From positions 64,303 through 126,145 of the forward strand of contig JBJMHS010000036.1 in the NCBI GenBank assembly GCA_045807245.1: a DNA stretch of 61,843 nt. The letters run 5' to 3'. Source of the stretch: Actinomycetales bacterium (lineage in GTDB: Bacteria; Actinomycetota; Actinomycetes; Actinomycetales; CAVURS01). The position numbers and the translations under genes are program-made. Positions 1 to 10,380 of the stretch are shown in pieces (within the stretch, counting starts at the first letter, position 1; each line of letters begins with the position of its first letter). The notes under the pieces are model-generated. The model was not told the DNA's origin and searched no databases. It saw only the letters and a program-made list of their open reading frames with translations.

Positions 1-67
1 AGGCCGGGCCGGCTCCGGCCCGGGCCTGCGCCGGCCAGGTCGGCGATCGGCTGACGGGAGGTGCGCG

Positions 68-877
68 ATGGCCCGCCGGGACGAGGACCCGAGCTTCATC
101 GAGGCGATCGCGCGCGGCCTCGACGTGATCCGCTCCTTCGATGCCCGCCGTCCGGCGATGACCTTGAGCGAGGTGGCCGGAGCGACTGCGCTGGCCCGGC
201 CGACGGCCCGCCGCATCCTGCGGACGCTGGAGCTGCTCGGCTACGTCCGACAGACGAGCGAGGGGTACGCGCTGACGCCGCGGGTGCTCGACCTGGGACA
301 CGCCTACGTCCAAGCACTCGGTCTCTGGGACATCGCGAAACCACACATGCGGGCGCTGGTCGCGCAGACCCACGAGTCCAGCTCCGTCGCCCAGCTCGAC
401 GGCTACGACATCGTCTACGTCGCCCGGGTCGCGGTACCCAAAATCATTGCCCTTGCAGTGGATATCGGCACCCGCTTCCCGGCACCCCAGACGTCGATGG
501 GCAAGGTCCTGCTGGCCGGGCTCACTCCAGCGGAGCTCGACTGCACGCTCGCGCTCCCGAGCCGGTCCGACGTGCGACCGCGCTGGCAACCCGAGCGGTC
601 GGAGCTCGACGCCGTCCTCCGCGACGTCCGAGCGAAGGGCTGGGCGTTGACCGACGAGCAGCTCGCTCACGGCATCCGCTCCATCGCCGCGCCGGTGCGC
701 GACGGAGAGGGGCGCGTCATCGCCGCGCTCAACGTGACGGTGCACGCGGCCGAGACCTCGATCGACACCTTGCAGCGGGATCACCTGCCGCTGCTGCTGC
801 AGGCGGCGAGCGACATCAGCGCCGACTTCGCGCGCTACCAGGACCTGCCTCGCCAGACGTTGTCACCGGCCGGATAA
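68..877 (+). CDS. IclR-family transcriptional regulator (PcaR/PobR-like)
   Basis: N-terminal HTH (IARGLDVI...TLSEVA...RPTARRIL), TSMGKVLLA and GIRSIAAPV effector-domain motifs; GGGAGG RBS. Confidence 0.93.
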   Translation: MARRDEDPSFIEAIARGLDVIRSFDARRPAMTLSEVAGATALARPTARRILRTLELLGYVRQTSEGYALTPRVLDLGHAYVQALGLWDIAKPHMRALVAQTHESSSVAQLDGYDIVYVARVAVPKIIALAVDIGTRFPAPQTSMGKVLLAGLTPAELDCTLALPSRSDVRPRWQPERSELDAVLRDVRAKGWALTDEQLAHGIRSIAAPVRDGEGRVIAALNVTVHAAETSIDTLQRDHLPLLLQAASDISADFARYQDLPRQTLSPAG

Positions 878-944
878 TGGGCTCACCGGTGACGAGCAAC
901 GGCGCCGTGCGCCGACCAGCCGAGCGAAACGGACGGTTGTCCGC

Positions 945-1769
945 ATGACGGACGACGCCGGACGAGCGGGCAGCCCGCGCAGCTACCCGACATCGCTCGG
1001 CCGCTCCGGCCCGACGTCCATCACCCTGCTCGGGCACGACCTGGCCGGGGAGCTGATGGGACAGGTCGGCTTCGGTGAGCTGGCCCTGTGGCTGCTCGCC
1101 CGGCGCCGGCCCACTGCGGGGCAGGTCCGGGTGTTCGAGGCGGTCCTGGTGGCCCTGGCCGACCATGGCTTCACCCCGACCGCGATCGCGACCCGGCTGA
1201 CCTACCTGTCCGCGCCGGACTCCGTGCAAGGGGCGCTCGCCGCCGGCCTGCTCGGTGGCGGCTCGCGCTTCCTCGGCGTCACCGAGGACGCGGCGGCGTT
1301 CCTCAGCGAGGTGCTGACCGACTCACCGCAGCTGCCGGTCGACGACGAGGGCTGGGACGAGCTCGCCCTCGACGCCGTACGTCGGGCCCGCACGGCCGGG
1401 CGCTTCGTCCCCGGACTCGGCCATCCGGTCCACAAGGAGGTCGACCCGCGCACGCCCGCGCTGCTGCGCATCGCCGCCGAGGAGGGTCTGCGCGGGCCGC
1501 ACCTACAGCTGTTCGAGGCCATCGGCCGGGTGCACCCGCAGGTCCTCGGCCGGACCCTGCCGCTGAACGGGGCCGGCGTCTGCGGGGCCGCGCTGGCCGA
1601 CCTCGGCCTGCCGGTCGACCTGCTGCGTGGAGTGGCGCTGCTCGCCCGGTGCGCCGGCCTCCTGGGCCAGCTGGCCGAGGAGCGGGTCCACCCCGTCGCC
1701 ATGGACGTCTATCTCGCGGTCGAACAGGCCGCCACCGAGCTGCCCGCTGACGACGTCGACAAGGAGTGA
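945..1769 (+). CDS. Citryl-CoA lyase / citrate-synthase-fold protein
   Basis: LADHG, PGLGHPVHK..DPR, PLNGAG motifs; short (274 aa) citrate-synthase C-terminal fold. Confidence 0.85.
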   Translation: MTDDAGRAGSPRSYPTSLGRSGPTSITLLGHDLAGELMGQVGFGELALWLLARRRPTAGQVRVFEAVLVALADHGFTPTAIATRLTYLSAPDSVQGALAAGLLGGGSRFLGVTEDAAAFLSEVLTDSPQLPVDDEGWDELALDAVRRARTAGRFVPGLGHPVHKEVDPRTPALLRIAAEEGLRGPHLQLFEAIGRVHPQVLGRTLPLNGAGVCGAALADLGLPVDLLRGVALLARCAGLLGQLAEERVHPVAMDVYLAVEQAATELPADDVDKE

Positions 1770-1772
1770 GGC

Positions 1773-2648
1773 ATGGCTGAGCTGGTGGCCGTGATCGCGT
1801 CGACCCACCATCCGTTCTACTACCGGGCGAGCACGTCACAGGGCGCCGAGCGGCCGCCGTTCGCGGACGAGTGGGTGGCGAAGATCGAACGGTTCCGGGA
1901 GACCCTGACCGCCGCCCGCCCCGATGTCCTGGTGATGGTCGGCAGCGACCACTTCCACCAGCTGTGGCTGGACAACATGCCGCAGTTCCTCGTCGGCAAG
2001 GCACCGATGTACGACGCCAACTGGTTCAACGAGGAGCGCGAGTTCGGTCTGCCGCGGTTCCGGCTGCCCGGCGACGAGGCGTTCTCGGCGCATATCCTGC
2101 GCGGCGGCCTGGACGCCGGCTTCGACCTGGCGTTCAGCAACGAGCTGCGGATCGACCACAGCATCACCTGCCCCATCATCACGCTGCGACCTCAGGCCGA
2201 CCTGCCGATCGTGCCGATCTACACCAACATCTTCGCGCCGCCGCTCCCCCGGCCGGAACGGTTCGTGCAGCTCGGCCGCACGATCCGGGAGCTGGTCGAG
2301 TCGATGCCGGGCGACCAGCGGGTCGCGGTCATCGGCACCGGGCACCTGTCCCTCGAGCTGGGCGGGCCGCGCCAGTTCGGCCCGCACGGCCCGGACCCGG
2401 AGTTCGACGCCAAGGCGGTGGAGTGGATCGCGAACGCGGACATCGGAGCCTGCTGTGCCGAGGTGTCGCTGGACAGCCTGCACCTGCCGGGCAACGCCAC
2501 TCACGGGTTCATGGACTTCATGCTGATGATGGGCGTTGCGGGCGAGGGCAACAAGGCCGACTACGTCGACCAGCTCGACCTGTTCCACACCATGGAGGCG
2601 TACTTCACCTGGTACCCAGGCGGCGACCCCCGCGGAGGCGCGCAGTGA
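1773..2648 (+). CDS. LigB-type (class III) extradiol ring-cleavage dioxygenase, catalytic subunit
   Basis: STHHP, PDVLV..GSDHF...LDNMPQF, IDHS, PIVPIYTN, RVAVIGTG..S motifs. Confidence 0.85.
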   Translation: MAELVAVIASTHHPFYYRASTSQGAERPPFADEWVAKIERFRETLTAARPDVLVMVGSDHFHQLWLDNMPQFLVGKAPMYDANWFNEEREFGLPRFRLPGDEAFSAHILRGGLDAGFDLAFSNELRIDHSITCPIITLRPQADLPIVPIYTNIFAPPLPRPERFVQLGRTIRELVESMPGDQRVAVIGTGHLSLELGGPRQFGPHGPDPEFDAKAVEWIANADIGACCAEVSLDSLHLPGNATHGFMDFMLMMGVAGEGNKADYVDQLDLFHTMEAYFTWYPGGDPRGGAQ

Positions 2649-3007
2649 GCAAGTACCTGCTGAACAAGTTCCTGTACACGGTCGACCGCGACCCGGAGCT
2701 GGTCGAGCGGTACCGCGAAGACCCGCAAGGGACGGTCACCTGGTGGGAGGCGGAGCGCGCGAACCAGATTCTCAACTGCGTCGAGCACGAGCACTCCACC
2801 TGGCTCGCGTTCACCGACGAGGAGCGCACGGCCCTGACGGCGCACGACTACCCCGCCCTGTTCGCGCTCGGCGCCCATCCGTTCCTGACCTTGACGTTGT
2901 TCATCGCCATGTTCGAACGCGACCACGAGCAGCCACTGGGCTTCCAGCTCGAGTACGCGGAGCGGCTCCGGGCCTACTCCCTGCCCTACCCCGACATCAC
3001 CACCTGA
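2645..3007 (+). CDS. LigA-like small subunit of the dioxygenase
   Basis: GTG overlapping the upstream TGA (GTGA); SKYLLNKFLY..DPELVERYREDP, FTDEER..L..HDY..L..LGAHPFL resembles LigA. Confidence 0.75.
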   Translation: MSKYLLNKFLYTVDRDPELVERYREDPQGTVTWWEAERANQILNCVEHEHSTWLAFTDEERTALTAHDYPALFALGAHPFLTLTLFIAMFERDHEQPLGFQLEYAERLRAYSLPYPDITT

Positions 3008-3010
3008 GCC

Positions 3011-4033
3011 GTGCGCGCCGCCGTCATCCGCACCCCGGGCAGCCCGCCGGACGCCACCGAACATCCCGCACCCACCTCCGGGCCGGGCCAGTCCCTGGTG
3101 GACGTCACCGCCGCGGCGATCACGCCGTTGGACCTGCTCTGCGCGAGCGGCACGTCGTACTTCGGCGCACCGGCCACGCCGTACGTGCCGGGGGTCGCGG
3201 GCGTCGGGGTCGTCCGGGCCTCCGATGTGCTCGCCCCCGGGACTCGCGTGTGGTTCGCGACGTCGGCCGGGATGGCGCCCGGCGACGGCAGCATGGCCGA
3301 GCACAGCGTCGTGCCGGACGCGGACCTGGTCCCGCTCCACGGCACCGCCGCCGGCACCGCCGCCGACGCCGCGGTCGACGACGCTGTCGTGGCGGCGCTG
3401 GGCCTGTCCGCCGTCGCGGCGTGGAACGTGCTGACGCTGCGCGCCCGGCTCGCTCCGGGCGAGACGGTGCTCGTGCTCGGCGCCGGCGGCGTCGTCGGCC
3501 AGGTAGCGATCCGGGCCGCTCGCTTGCTGGGCGCTGGCCGAGTCGTCGGAGCCGCGAGGTCCGCCGGTCACCGCGAGCGGGCAGTGGCGATCGGTGCCGA
3601 CGCGGCCGTGGCGCTGCCCTCCGGCCCCGGGTCTGACGATCAGGCGGCCGTGGACGAGATGGCTGCTGCCTTCGAGGCCGCGTGCGAGGGCCGAGCCGAT
3701 GTCGTCGTCGACCCCCTGTGCGGGCTGCCGGCCACGGCCGCCGCCCGGGTGCTGGCCGTCCATGGGCGGCTGGTGAACCTCGGCAGCACGGCGGGCGCGA
3801 GCGCGGTCTGGGACTCGGCCAGTCTGCGGAGCGGGACGGCATCGATCCTCGGCTACACCAACAACGACCTGAGCAGCGAGCAGCGCCGGGACGCGCTCCT
3901 GGCGGTGGTCGGTCATGCCGCTCGCGGCGACATCGTGGTCGACCACGAGCGGGTGCCCCTTGAGGATGCGGCCACCGGCTGGGAGCGTCAGGTCTCCGGA
4001 ACGGCGAACGGCCGCGTCGTACTCACGGTCTAG
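3011..4033 (+). CDS. MDR-family NAD(P)H quinone oxidoreductase
   Basis: PYVPGVAGVG, GETVLVLGAGGVVG Rossmann motif, GRVVL C-terminus; no Zn-binding Cys. Confidence 0.88.
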   Translation: MRAAVIRTPGSPPDATEHPAPTSGPGQSLVDVTAAAITPLDLLCASGTSYFGAPATPYVPGVAGVGVVRASDVLAPGTRVWFATSAGMAPGDGSMAEHSVVPDADLVPLHGTAAGTAADAAVDDAVVAALGLSAVAAWNVLTLRARLAPGETVLVLGAGGVVGQVAIRAARLLGAGRVVGAARSAGHRERAVAIGADAAVALPSGPGSDDQAAVDEMAAAFEAACEGRADVVVDPLCGLPATAAARVLAVHGRLVNLGSTAGASAVWDSASLRSGTASILGYTNNDLSSEQRRDALLAVVGHAARGDIVVDHERVPLEDAATGWERQVSGTANGRVVLTV

Positions 4034-4052
4034 CCGGAGGTACGGCGGCGGG

Positions 4053-5279
4053 TCAGGCGAGCGCGGAGCGCGCCTGCCACTGCGACCAGGTGTAGTTCCA
4101 CATGGTGTACCCGTTGCCCTGCTCCAAGGCCCGGCTCGACCCCGTGTACTTCACGACATCGCCGATCTTGGAGATGTCGTAGAGCCAGATCGCGTTGCTG
4201 GGACTGAGGTTCGTGCACCCGTGGCTGACGTTCGTGTTGCCCTGGGCGCCGACGGACCACGGTGCCGAGTGCAGGAACTCGCCGCTCCAGGTGAGCCGCA
4301 TGTCCCAGTGGGTCGTGATCCGGTAGTAGCCCGGTGAGCCCTTCGGGATGCCGATGGACGTCGAGTCCATGATGTGGGTCGGCTCCTTGGAGATGATCAC
4401 CTTGGTGCCGTACCGGGTCTCGGTCTTGGGACCGGGCCGGCCGGTGCTGACCGGCAGCGTCCGGAGCAGCTTGCCGTTCTTGTAGACCTTCATCTGGTGC
4501 GTCTTCATGTTCACGAAGCTCTTCATCGCCGAGCCGACCGTGTACGACGTCGACGCGTCCGACCCGACGTACTTGCCGGTGCCGGTCTTGACGCCCGCCA
4601 GGTTCGCCTTCAGCGAGATCCTCGTGCCGCTGGTCCAGTAGTACTGCCCGCGGTACATGACCTGGCGGTCGTCCAGCCAGCCCCAGGACCCCTGCACCGA
4701 CGGGCTGGTCGTGACTGAGAGGTTGCGCTCGACGTCGTCCTTGGCCGACTCCGCGACGGGCGAGTCGAACTGCACGATGAGTGGCATGCCGATGCCGACC
4801 ACCGAACCACCGGACGGCAGGACGTGGTACGTCGCGGTGATGTTCGGCGCGAACGTGGAGAAGCTGCTCTTGGTCGACGTACCGGACTGGGCCCGGGCCG
4901 ACACCGTGTAGCGCGTCGACGGGCGCAGGAAGCGCGACGCCGTCCAGGACAGGCCGTCGGAGGAGAGCGACCCCGCGATCGCGCGGTTCTTGGCGTCCGT
5001 CACCGTGACGCTGGCGATAGCGCCGCCCTGCGCGGTCACCTTGACCGTGGTGTTGGGCGGGACAGAGCTCGAGCCGTTGGCGGGGGTGATGGCCAGGCTG
5101 ACCGCATCGCTGGAGGTCGAGGAGGAGGACGACGAGCTCGACGAGCCGGACCCGCCACCGGACGGGCTCTGCGCCTTGGCGTCGTTCTGACAGCCGGTGA
5201 CCACGACGAGAGCCGTCACGGCCGCAGCGGCGACCCAACCGGCTCGCGCAAAGCGGGTCGAGGGGGTGAAACCACGCAC
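4053..5279 (-). CDS. L,D-transpeptidase lipoprotein (Ig-like + YkuD domains)
   Basis: GTG with AAGGAG RBS; lipobox VVTGC; Ser-rich linker; catalytic HSAPW...NVSHGC. Confidence 0.93.
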   Translation of the reverse strand: MRGFTPSTRFARAGWVAAAAVTALVVVTGCQNDAKAQSPSGGGSGSSSSSSSSSTSSDAVSLAITPANGSSSVPPNTTVKVTAQGGAIASVTVTDAKNRAIAGSLSSDGLSWTASRFLRPSTRYTVSARAQSGTSTKSSFSTFAPNITATYHVLPSGGSVVGIGMPLIVQFDSPVAESAKDDVERNLSVTTSPSVQGSWGWLDDRQVMYRGQYYWTSGTRISLKANLAGVKTGTGKYVGSDASTSYTVGSAMKSFVNMKTHQMKVYKNGKLLRTLPVSTGRPGPKTETRYGTKVIISKEPTHIMDSTSIGIPKGSPGYYRITTHWDMRLTWSGEFLHSAPWSVGAQGNTNVSHGCTNLSPSNAIWLYDISKIGDVVKYTGSSRALEQGNGYTMWNYTWSQWQARSALA

Positions 5280-5489
5280 GGAATCTCCTTCGGGACCGGT
5301 TCGTCGACCGGCCTCTTCCTCCCTTAGGACGCGCGACGACCCCGAGAGGTTGCCCGCGTACGGCCTAAGAGTAACCGGAGCGGAGCGGTACGTCGCATAC
5401 CTGGACCGAATGCAGAGACGGCGCGCCGACCCGGCGCCGAGGTGTGAAGCCCGGGGACTGCCTCGGGCCAAACCGGACGAATCCGGGAC

Positions 5490-5891
5490 TCAGTGCACGA
5501 ACGCACCCCGGGAGTACTCGTACACCCAGCCGACGAGGGCGATCGAGCCCACGCCGGCACCCACGATCACGAGCCACCACCCGACCGCCAGCCCGAGGAA
5601 CACCAGGGCCGCGGAGAAGGCCAGCGGCAGCGGCCACCAGCTGTGCGGGGAGAAGAAGCCGTACTCCCCCTCCGCCGCCTCGATCGCAGCCGTCCAGTCG
5701 TCCTCCGGCCGGGGGTCGATCCGCCGCCCGGTGATGAACAGGTAGATCGCGATCAGGATGGACAGCCCAGCGGTCAGGAGCAGCGCCACCGGCCCGACGG
5801 GCTCGTCCCAGTCCGTGAGGATGCCGTACACGACGCCGATCGGTGCGAAGAACAGCGCACCGGCACCGAACAGCCAGGTCTCGACCTTCAC
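5490..5891 (-). CDS. ctaF: Cytochrome c oxidase subunit IV
   Basis: RPED...GEYGFFSPHSWWP, GWVYEY; directly downstream of ctaD. Confidence 0.93.
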   Translation of the reverse strand: MKVETWLFGAGALFFAPIGVVYGILTDWDEPVGPVALLLTAGLSILIAIYLFITGRRIDPRPEDDWTAAIEAAEGEYGFFSPHSWWPLPLAFSAALVFLGLAVGWWLVIVGAGVGSIALVGWVYEYSRGAFVH

Positions 5892-5892
5892 G

Positions 5893-7635
5893 TCAGTGGT
5901 CCCGCCGCGACCCGGCCGAACCCCGGGGCGGTGCCACGTCGGGACCGCCCAACGCCGCCTCTAGGGGTCCGTGGTGCAGCGGCACCTCGGCGGCCGCGAT
6001 CTCCGGGTGGTGCAGGTCGAAGGCCGGCCGCTCGGAACGGATCCGCGGGATGCTCGTGAAGTTGTGCCGCGGGGGCGGGCAGGAGGTCGCCCACTCCAGG
6101 GACCCGCCGTAGCCCCATGGGTCGTCGGTCTCGACCAGCGGTGCGGTGCGCCAGGTGTGCCACACGTTGTAGAGGAACGGCAGCGTCGATGCCCCGAGCA
6201 GGAAGGCGCCGGCGGTCGAGACCTGGTTGGCCCAGGTGAAGCCCTCGCCGGGCAGGTAGTCGGCGTAGCGCCTGGGCATGCCGATCACGCCCAGCCAGTG
6301 CTGGATGAGGAAGGTCGTGTGGAAGCCGATGAAGAGCATCCAGAAGTGGATCTTGCCCAGCGTCTCGTTGAGCATCCGTCCGGTCAGCTTGGGCCACCAG
6401 AAGTAGAAGCCGCCGAACATGGCGAACACGACGGTGCCGAACACGACGTAGTGGAAGTGCGCCACGACGAAGTAGGAGTCGGAGAGGTGGAAGTCGAGCG
6501 CCGGGCTGGACAGGATGATGCCGGTCAGGCCGCCGAACAGGAACGTGATGAGGAAGCCGATGGCCCACAGCATCGGTGTCTCGAAGGTCAGCGACCCTCG
6601 CCACATCGTCCCGATCCAGTTGAAGAACTTCACCCCGGTGGGTATGGCGATCAGCATCGTCATGAACGCGAAGAACGGCAGCAGCACCTGGCCCGTCGCG
6701 TACATGTGGTGCGCCCACACGGTCACGGAGAGCGCCGCGATGCCGATCGTGGCGAAGACCAGCGTCTTGTAGCCGAACAGCGGCTTGCGGCTGAAGACCG
6801 GGATGATCTCGCTGATGATGCCGAAGAACGGCAACGCGATGATGTAGACCTCGGGATGGCCGAAGAACCAGAACAGGTGCTGCCACAACATCGCCCCGCC
6901 CACGTCGGCGTCGAAGATGTGGGCACCGATCCGGCGGTCGGCGCCCAGGGCCAGCAGCGCGGAGGCCAGGACGGGGAAGGCCATCAGCACGAGGACCGAG
7001 GTGACCAGGACGGTCCAGGTGAACATCGGCATCCGGAACATCGTCATGCCGGGCGCGCGCATGCAGATGATCGTGGTGATGAAGTTGACGGCGCCGAGGA
7101 TCGTGCCGAAGCCGGCGAGCGCGAGCCCGAAGACCCACAGGTCGCCACCGAGTCCGGGCGAGTTGATCTCGTTCGACAGTGGCGAGTACGCGAACCAGCC
7201 GAACGCCGCCGCGCCTCCGGGGGTCAGGAAGCCGGCCGACGCGATCAGGCCGCCGAACAGGTAGGCCCAGTAGGCGAGCATGTTGAGCCGTGGGAAGGCG
7301 ACGTCCGGAGCGCCGATCTGTAGGGGCATGACCGCGTTGGCGAAACCGGCGAACAGCGGTGTCGCGAACAGCAGCAACATGATCGTGCCGTGCATCGTGA
7401 ACAGCTGGTTGTACTGCTCCGGATTCTGGACGATCTGCAGGCCCGGCTCGAACAGCTCGGCCCGGATCAGCATGGCCATCACGCCGCCGACCAGGAAGAA
7501 CAGGAACGACGTGATGAAGTAGAGGTTGCCGATGACCTTGTGGTCGGTCGTCGTGGCCCAGTTGACGATGGTGCGTCCCAGCGAGTGCGGCCGCGCCGGG
7601 GCGACAACCCACTCGGCCTCGCGATACGTCGTCAT
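5893..7635 (-). CDS. ctaD: Cytochrome c oxidase subunit I
   Basis: [35 protein letters not shown] (MTTYRE) overlaps ctaC stop. Confidence 0.98.
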   Translation of the reverse strand: MTTYREAEWVVAPARPHSLGRTIVNWATTTDHKVIGNLYFITSFLFFLVGGVMAMLIRAELFEPGLQIVQNPEQYNQLFTMHGTIMLLLFATPLFAGFANAVMPLQIGAPDVAFPRLNMLAYWAYLFGGLIASAGFLTPGGAAAFGWFAYSPLSNEINSPGLGGDLWVFGLALAGFGTILGAVNFITTIICMRAPGMTMFRMPMFTWTVLVTSVLVLMAFPVLASALLALGADRRIGAHIFDADVGGAMLWQHLFWFFGHPEVYIIALPFFGIISEIIPVFSRKPLFGYKTLVFATIGIAALSVTVWAHHMYATGQVLLPFFAFMTMLIAIPTGVKFFNWIGTMWRGSLTFETPMLWAIGFLITFLFGGLTGIILSSPALDFHLSDSYFVVAHFHYVVFGTVVFAMFGGFYFWWPKLTGRMLNETLGKIHFWMLFIGFHTTFLIQHWLGVIGMPRRYADYLPGEGFTWANQVSTAGAFLLGASTLPFLYNVWHTWRTAPLVETDDPWGYGGSLEWATSCPPPRHNFTSIPRIRSERPAFDLHHPEIAAAEVPLHHGPLEAALGGPDVAPPRGSAGSRRDH

Positions 7636-8513
7636 GAGCCGCTCCCTGCACCTGTCAGAAGATCCTGCTGGCCCGGCTCGAGCTGCGAACGGTTGAGGTC
7701 GTTCGGCAGCTGACCGGTCTGGCCGGCAGCCTGTAGCGCCTTGATGTGGGCGTCGAAGTCGCTCTGGGAGACGACCTTCACCTGGAACAGCATGGCCGAG
7801 TGGTACGACCCGCACAGCTCGGCGCACTTGCCGGCGAACGTGCCCTCCGTCGTCGGCACCACCTGGAACCGGTTGACCCGTCCGGGGATCACGTCGAGCT
7901 TCTGCAGGAACGCCGGCACCCAGAACGAGTGGATGACGTCGCGCGCGGTCAGCGTGAACTCGACTCGCTTGTCGACCGGGAGGTACAGCGTCGGGAGCTG
8001 GCTCGCGACGAGGGGCTTGCCGGTCAGCTCGGCCTGCGTGCCCACCTCGTACACCTGCTGGCTGACGTAGTTGAAGTCCCAGCTCCACTGCTTGCCGACG
8101 ACGTTGACGACCAGGTCCGGCTTGGCCGAGGTCGACAGCAGTGCCTCCTCGTCGCGCGCGGTGAAGTAGAACAGCACGCCGATCATGAACAGCGGCACGA
8201 CCGTGTAGAGGATCTCGATCGGCACGTTGTAGCGCAGCTGCTCGGGGAACTCGGGGTCGTCCTTGCGGCGGCGGTAGGCAACGACGCACCAGATGGTCAG
8301 GCCCCACACCAGGACGCCGACCCCGAGCGCCGCGATCCATGACCCGTTCCACAGGTCGGTGACGCGCTTGCTGTTCTCCGTGACCCCCTTGGGCAGCAGC
8401 CCGCGGGACAGGGATCCGGAGCATCCGCTGAGCAGCAGCGCTGTCGCTGCCGCGATCCCGGTCGAACCGGCGATTCGGCGCCGGTTCGGCGAGCCTGCGC
8501 GCACGGATGGCAC
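7632..8513 (-). CDS. ctaC: Cytochrome c oxidase subunit II
   Basis: Lipobox [20 protein letters not shown], CuA motif [12 protein letters not shown]. Confidence 0.96.
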   Translation of the reverse strand: MPSVRAGSPNRRRIAGSTGIAAATALLLSGCSGSLSRGLLPKGVTENSKRVTDLWNGSWIAALGVGVLVWGLTIWCVVAYRRRKDDPEFPEQLRYNVPIEILYTVVPLFMIGVLFYFTARDEEALLSTSAKPDLVVNVVGKQWSWDFNYVSQQVYEVGTQAELTGKPLVASQLPTLYLPVDKRVEFTLTARDVIHSFWVPAFLQKLDVIPGRVNRFQVVPTTEGTFAGKCAELCGSYHSAMLFQVKVVSQSDFDAHIKALQAAGQTGQLPNDLNRSQLEPGQQDLLTGAGSGS

Positions 8514-8586
8514 CTTCCAGGAGACGGTCTGGCAACGGACGGAACCCTACTCCAGGGAGCTCCGCCGAGCCGGGCAGGGTGCGCCC

Positions 8587-9306
8587 TCAGCGGGGCGCGG
8601 CGCGCCGCCTCGGCGGCGGGTGCCGGAACGGCTCGGGCAGGGGCAGCGCGAGGGCGACGTCGAGGCGCCTCAGGTACTCCTCCCGCGGGATGTCGACGAC
8701 GCCGAGAGTGCTCAGGTGGTCGGTGCGCCACTGGACGTCGAACAGCCGCTCCCGGGCATCGCCCGCTGCCGTCAGCAGCTCGACGGTCGCCATCAGCGCG
8801 GCCTTGGAGGCGTCGGTCCGCCGATGGAACATCGACTCGCCGGCGAACAGTCCCCCGACGGCGACGCCGTACAGGCCCCCGGCGAGCTCGTCGTCGTACC
8901 AGCACTCGATCGAGTGCGCCCAGCCAAGCCGGTGCAGCTCGACGTACGCCTTGGTGATCGCTGGGGTGATCCAGCGCCCTTCACGGCCCGGCGCGCCGCA
9001 GCCGGCCACCACCTGCTCAAACGCGGTGTTGACCCGGATGTCGAACCTCTTCATCGACCGTCGCAGCGAGCGCGAGACCACCGCGTCCTGCAGCGGCAGC
9101 ACACCTCGCGGGTCGGGCGACCACCAGCCGATCGGCCGGGCACCGCGGCGGCCCAGACCCATCGGGAAGAGCCCGCGCCGGTAGGCCAGGAGCAAGGTGC
9201 CGGGCAGCAGGTCCGCGCCGACCCCGATCAGGTCCTCGCCCTCCTCGGCCCCCTCGACACCCAGCGCCCACAGCGACGGCGGCGGCTCGATCGGTGGTGG
9301 GGCCAC
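8587..9306 (-). CDS. aat: Leucyl/phenylalanyl-tRNA--protein transferase
   Basis: AYRRGLFPM, WWSPDPRG, AHSIECW, GGLYG..GESMFH, DASKAA. Confidence 0.95.
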   Translation of the reverse strand: MAPPPIEPPPSLWALGVEGAEEGEDLIGVGADLLPGTLLLAYRRGLFPMGLGRRGARPIGWWSPDPRGVLPLQDAVVSRSLRRSMKRFDIRVNTAFEQVVAGCGAPGREGRWITPAITKAYVELHRLGWAHSIECWYDDELAGGLYGVAVGGLFAGESMFHRRTDASKAALMATVELLTAAGDARERLFDVQWRTDHLSTLGVVDIPREEYLRRLDVALALPLPEPFRHPPPRRRAAPR

Positions 9307-9318
9307 GAGGGCGGAGAC

Positions 9319-10305
9319 CTACGGGCGCAGGCAGCGCAGGTGGGGGCCGATCTGCGCCGCGGACTCGGAACCGTAGGCGGCCTCGAACCGCTGCAGGAAG
9401 CCGCCGCGGCCCAGCTCGTACTCCTGCGTCCCGACGGTCTCGATCACGTACGTCGCGAGCATCGACCCGATCTCGGCGCACCTGCGGTGCTCCACACCCC
9501 AGGCCAGGCCGGCCAGGAAGCCGGCCCGGAACGCGTCGCCGACACCGGTCGGGTCGACCTTGCGCAGCTCGCGGGCCACCGGGACGTGGACCGGCTCCTC
9601 GCCCTTGATGTCGATGTTGGCGCCCTTGGCGCCCAGCGTGGTGATCCGGACGCCGACCCGCTCGAGGATCTCCTGGGCGCTCCAGCCGGTCTTCTGCTCG
9701 ATGAGTGCCGCTTCGTACTCGTTGCTGAACAGGTACGCCGCTCCCTCGACCAAGCTGCGGATCGTGGCCCCGTCGGCGAACGCCAGCTGCTGGGAGGGGT
9801 CGGCGACGAAGGCGTAGCCGCGGCTGCGGCACTCCTCGGTGTGCCGGAGCATGCCCTCGGGGTCGTTGGCACTGATCACGACGAGGTCGACACCGCCCGA
9901 CCGGGCGAAGATCGGGGACAGCTCGATGTTGCGCGCCTCGCTCATCGCACCGGAGTAGAACGTGGCGATCTGCGCATGGTCGGAGTCGGTCGTGCACACG
10001 AACCGGGCGGTGTGCTTGAGCTCGGAGATCAGTACGCCCGCGGTGTTGACGCCGTGCCGCTCGAGCCAGGCCCGGTAGTCCTCGAAGTCGGCGCCGGCCC
10101 CACCGACGAGCAGCGGGTGCAGCCCCAGGTTGGCCATCCCGAAGCAGATGTTCGGAGCCACCCCGCCGCGGCGGACCTCCAGCTCCTCGACCAGGAAGGA
10201 CAAGGAGATCTTGTCCAGCTGGTCGACGACCAGGGAGTCGGCGAACCGGCCCTGGTAGGTCATCAGGTGGTCGGTCGCGATCGACCCCGTCACAGCGATG
10301 CGCAC
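9319..10305 (-). CDS. adoK: PfkB-family kinase, probably adenosine kinase (Rv2202c-like)
   Basis: IAVTGSIATDHLM, RRGGVAPN, DPTGVGDAFRAG; syntenic position. Confidence 0.85.
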   Translation of the reverse strand: MRIAVTGSIATDHLMTYQGRFADSLVVDQLDKISLSFLVEELEVRRGGVAPNICFGMANLGLHPLLVGGAGADFEDYRAWLERHGVNTAGVLISELKHTARFVCTTDSDHAQIATFYSGAMSEARNIELSPIFARSGGVDLVVISANDPEGMLRHTEECRSRGYAFVADPSQQLAFADGATIRSLVEGAAYLFSNEYEAALIEQKTGWSAQEILERVGVRITTLGAKGANIDIKGEEPVHVPVARELRKVDPTGVGDAFRAGFLAGLAWGVEHRRCAEIGSMLATYVIETVGTQEYELGRGGFLQRFEAAYGSESAAQIGPHLRCLRP

Positions 10306-10380
10306 GGCGGGAAGGCTAGCCCGCCGTGCGCACTCGTGCTGGATCTGACCGAACTGCGGTCAGCTGAGTATGCAGAAGCC

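Noticed and set aside
1..54. 3' end of an upstream gene ending at TGA 52-54
   Set aside because: Too short to identify.
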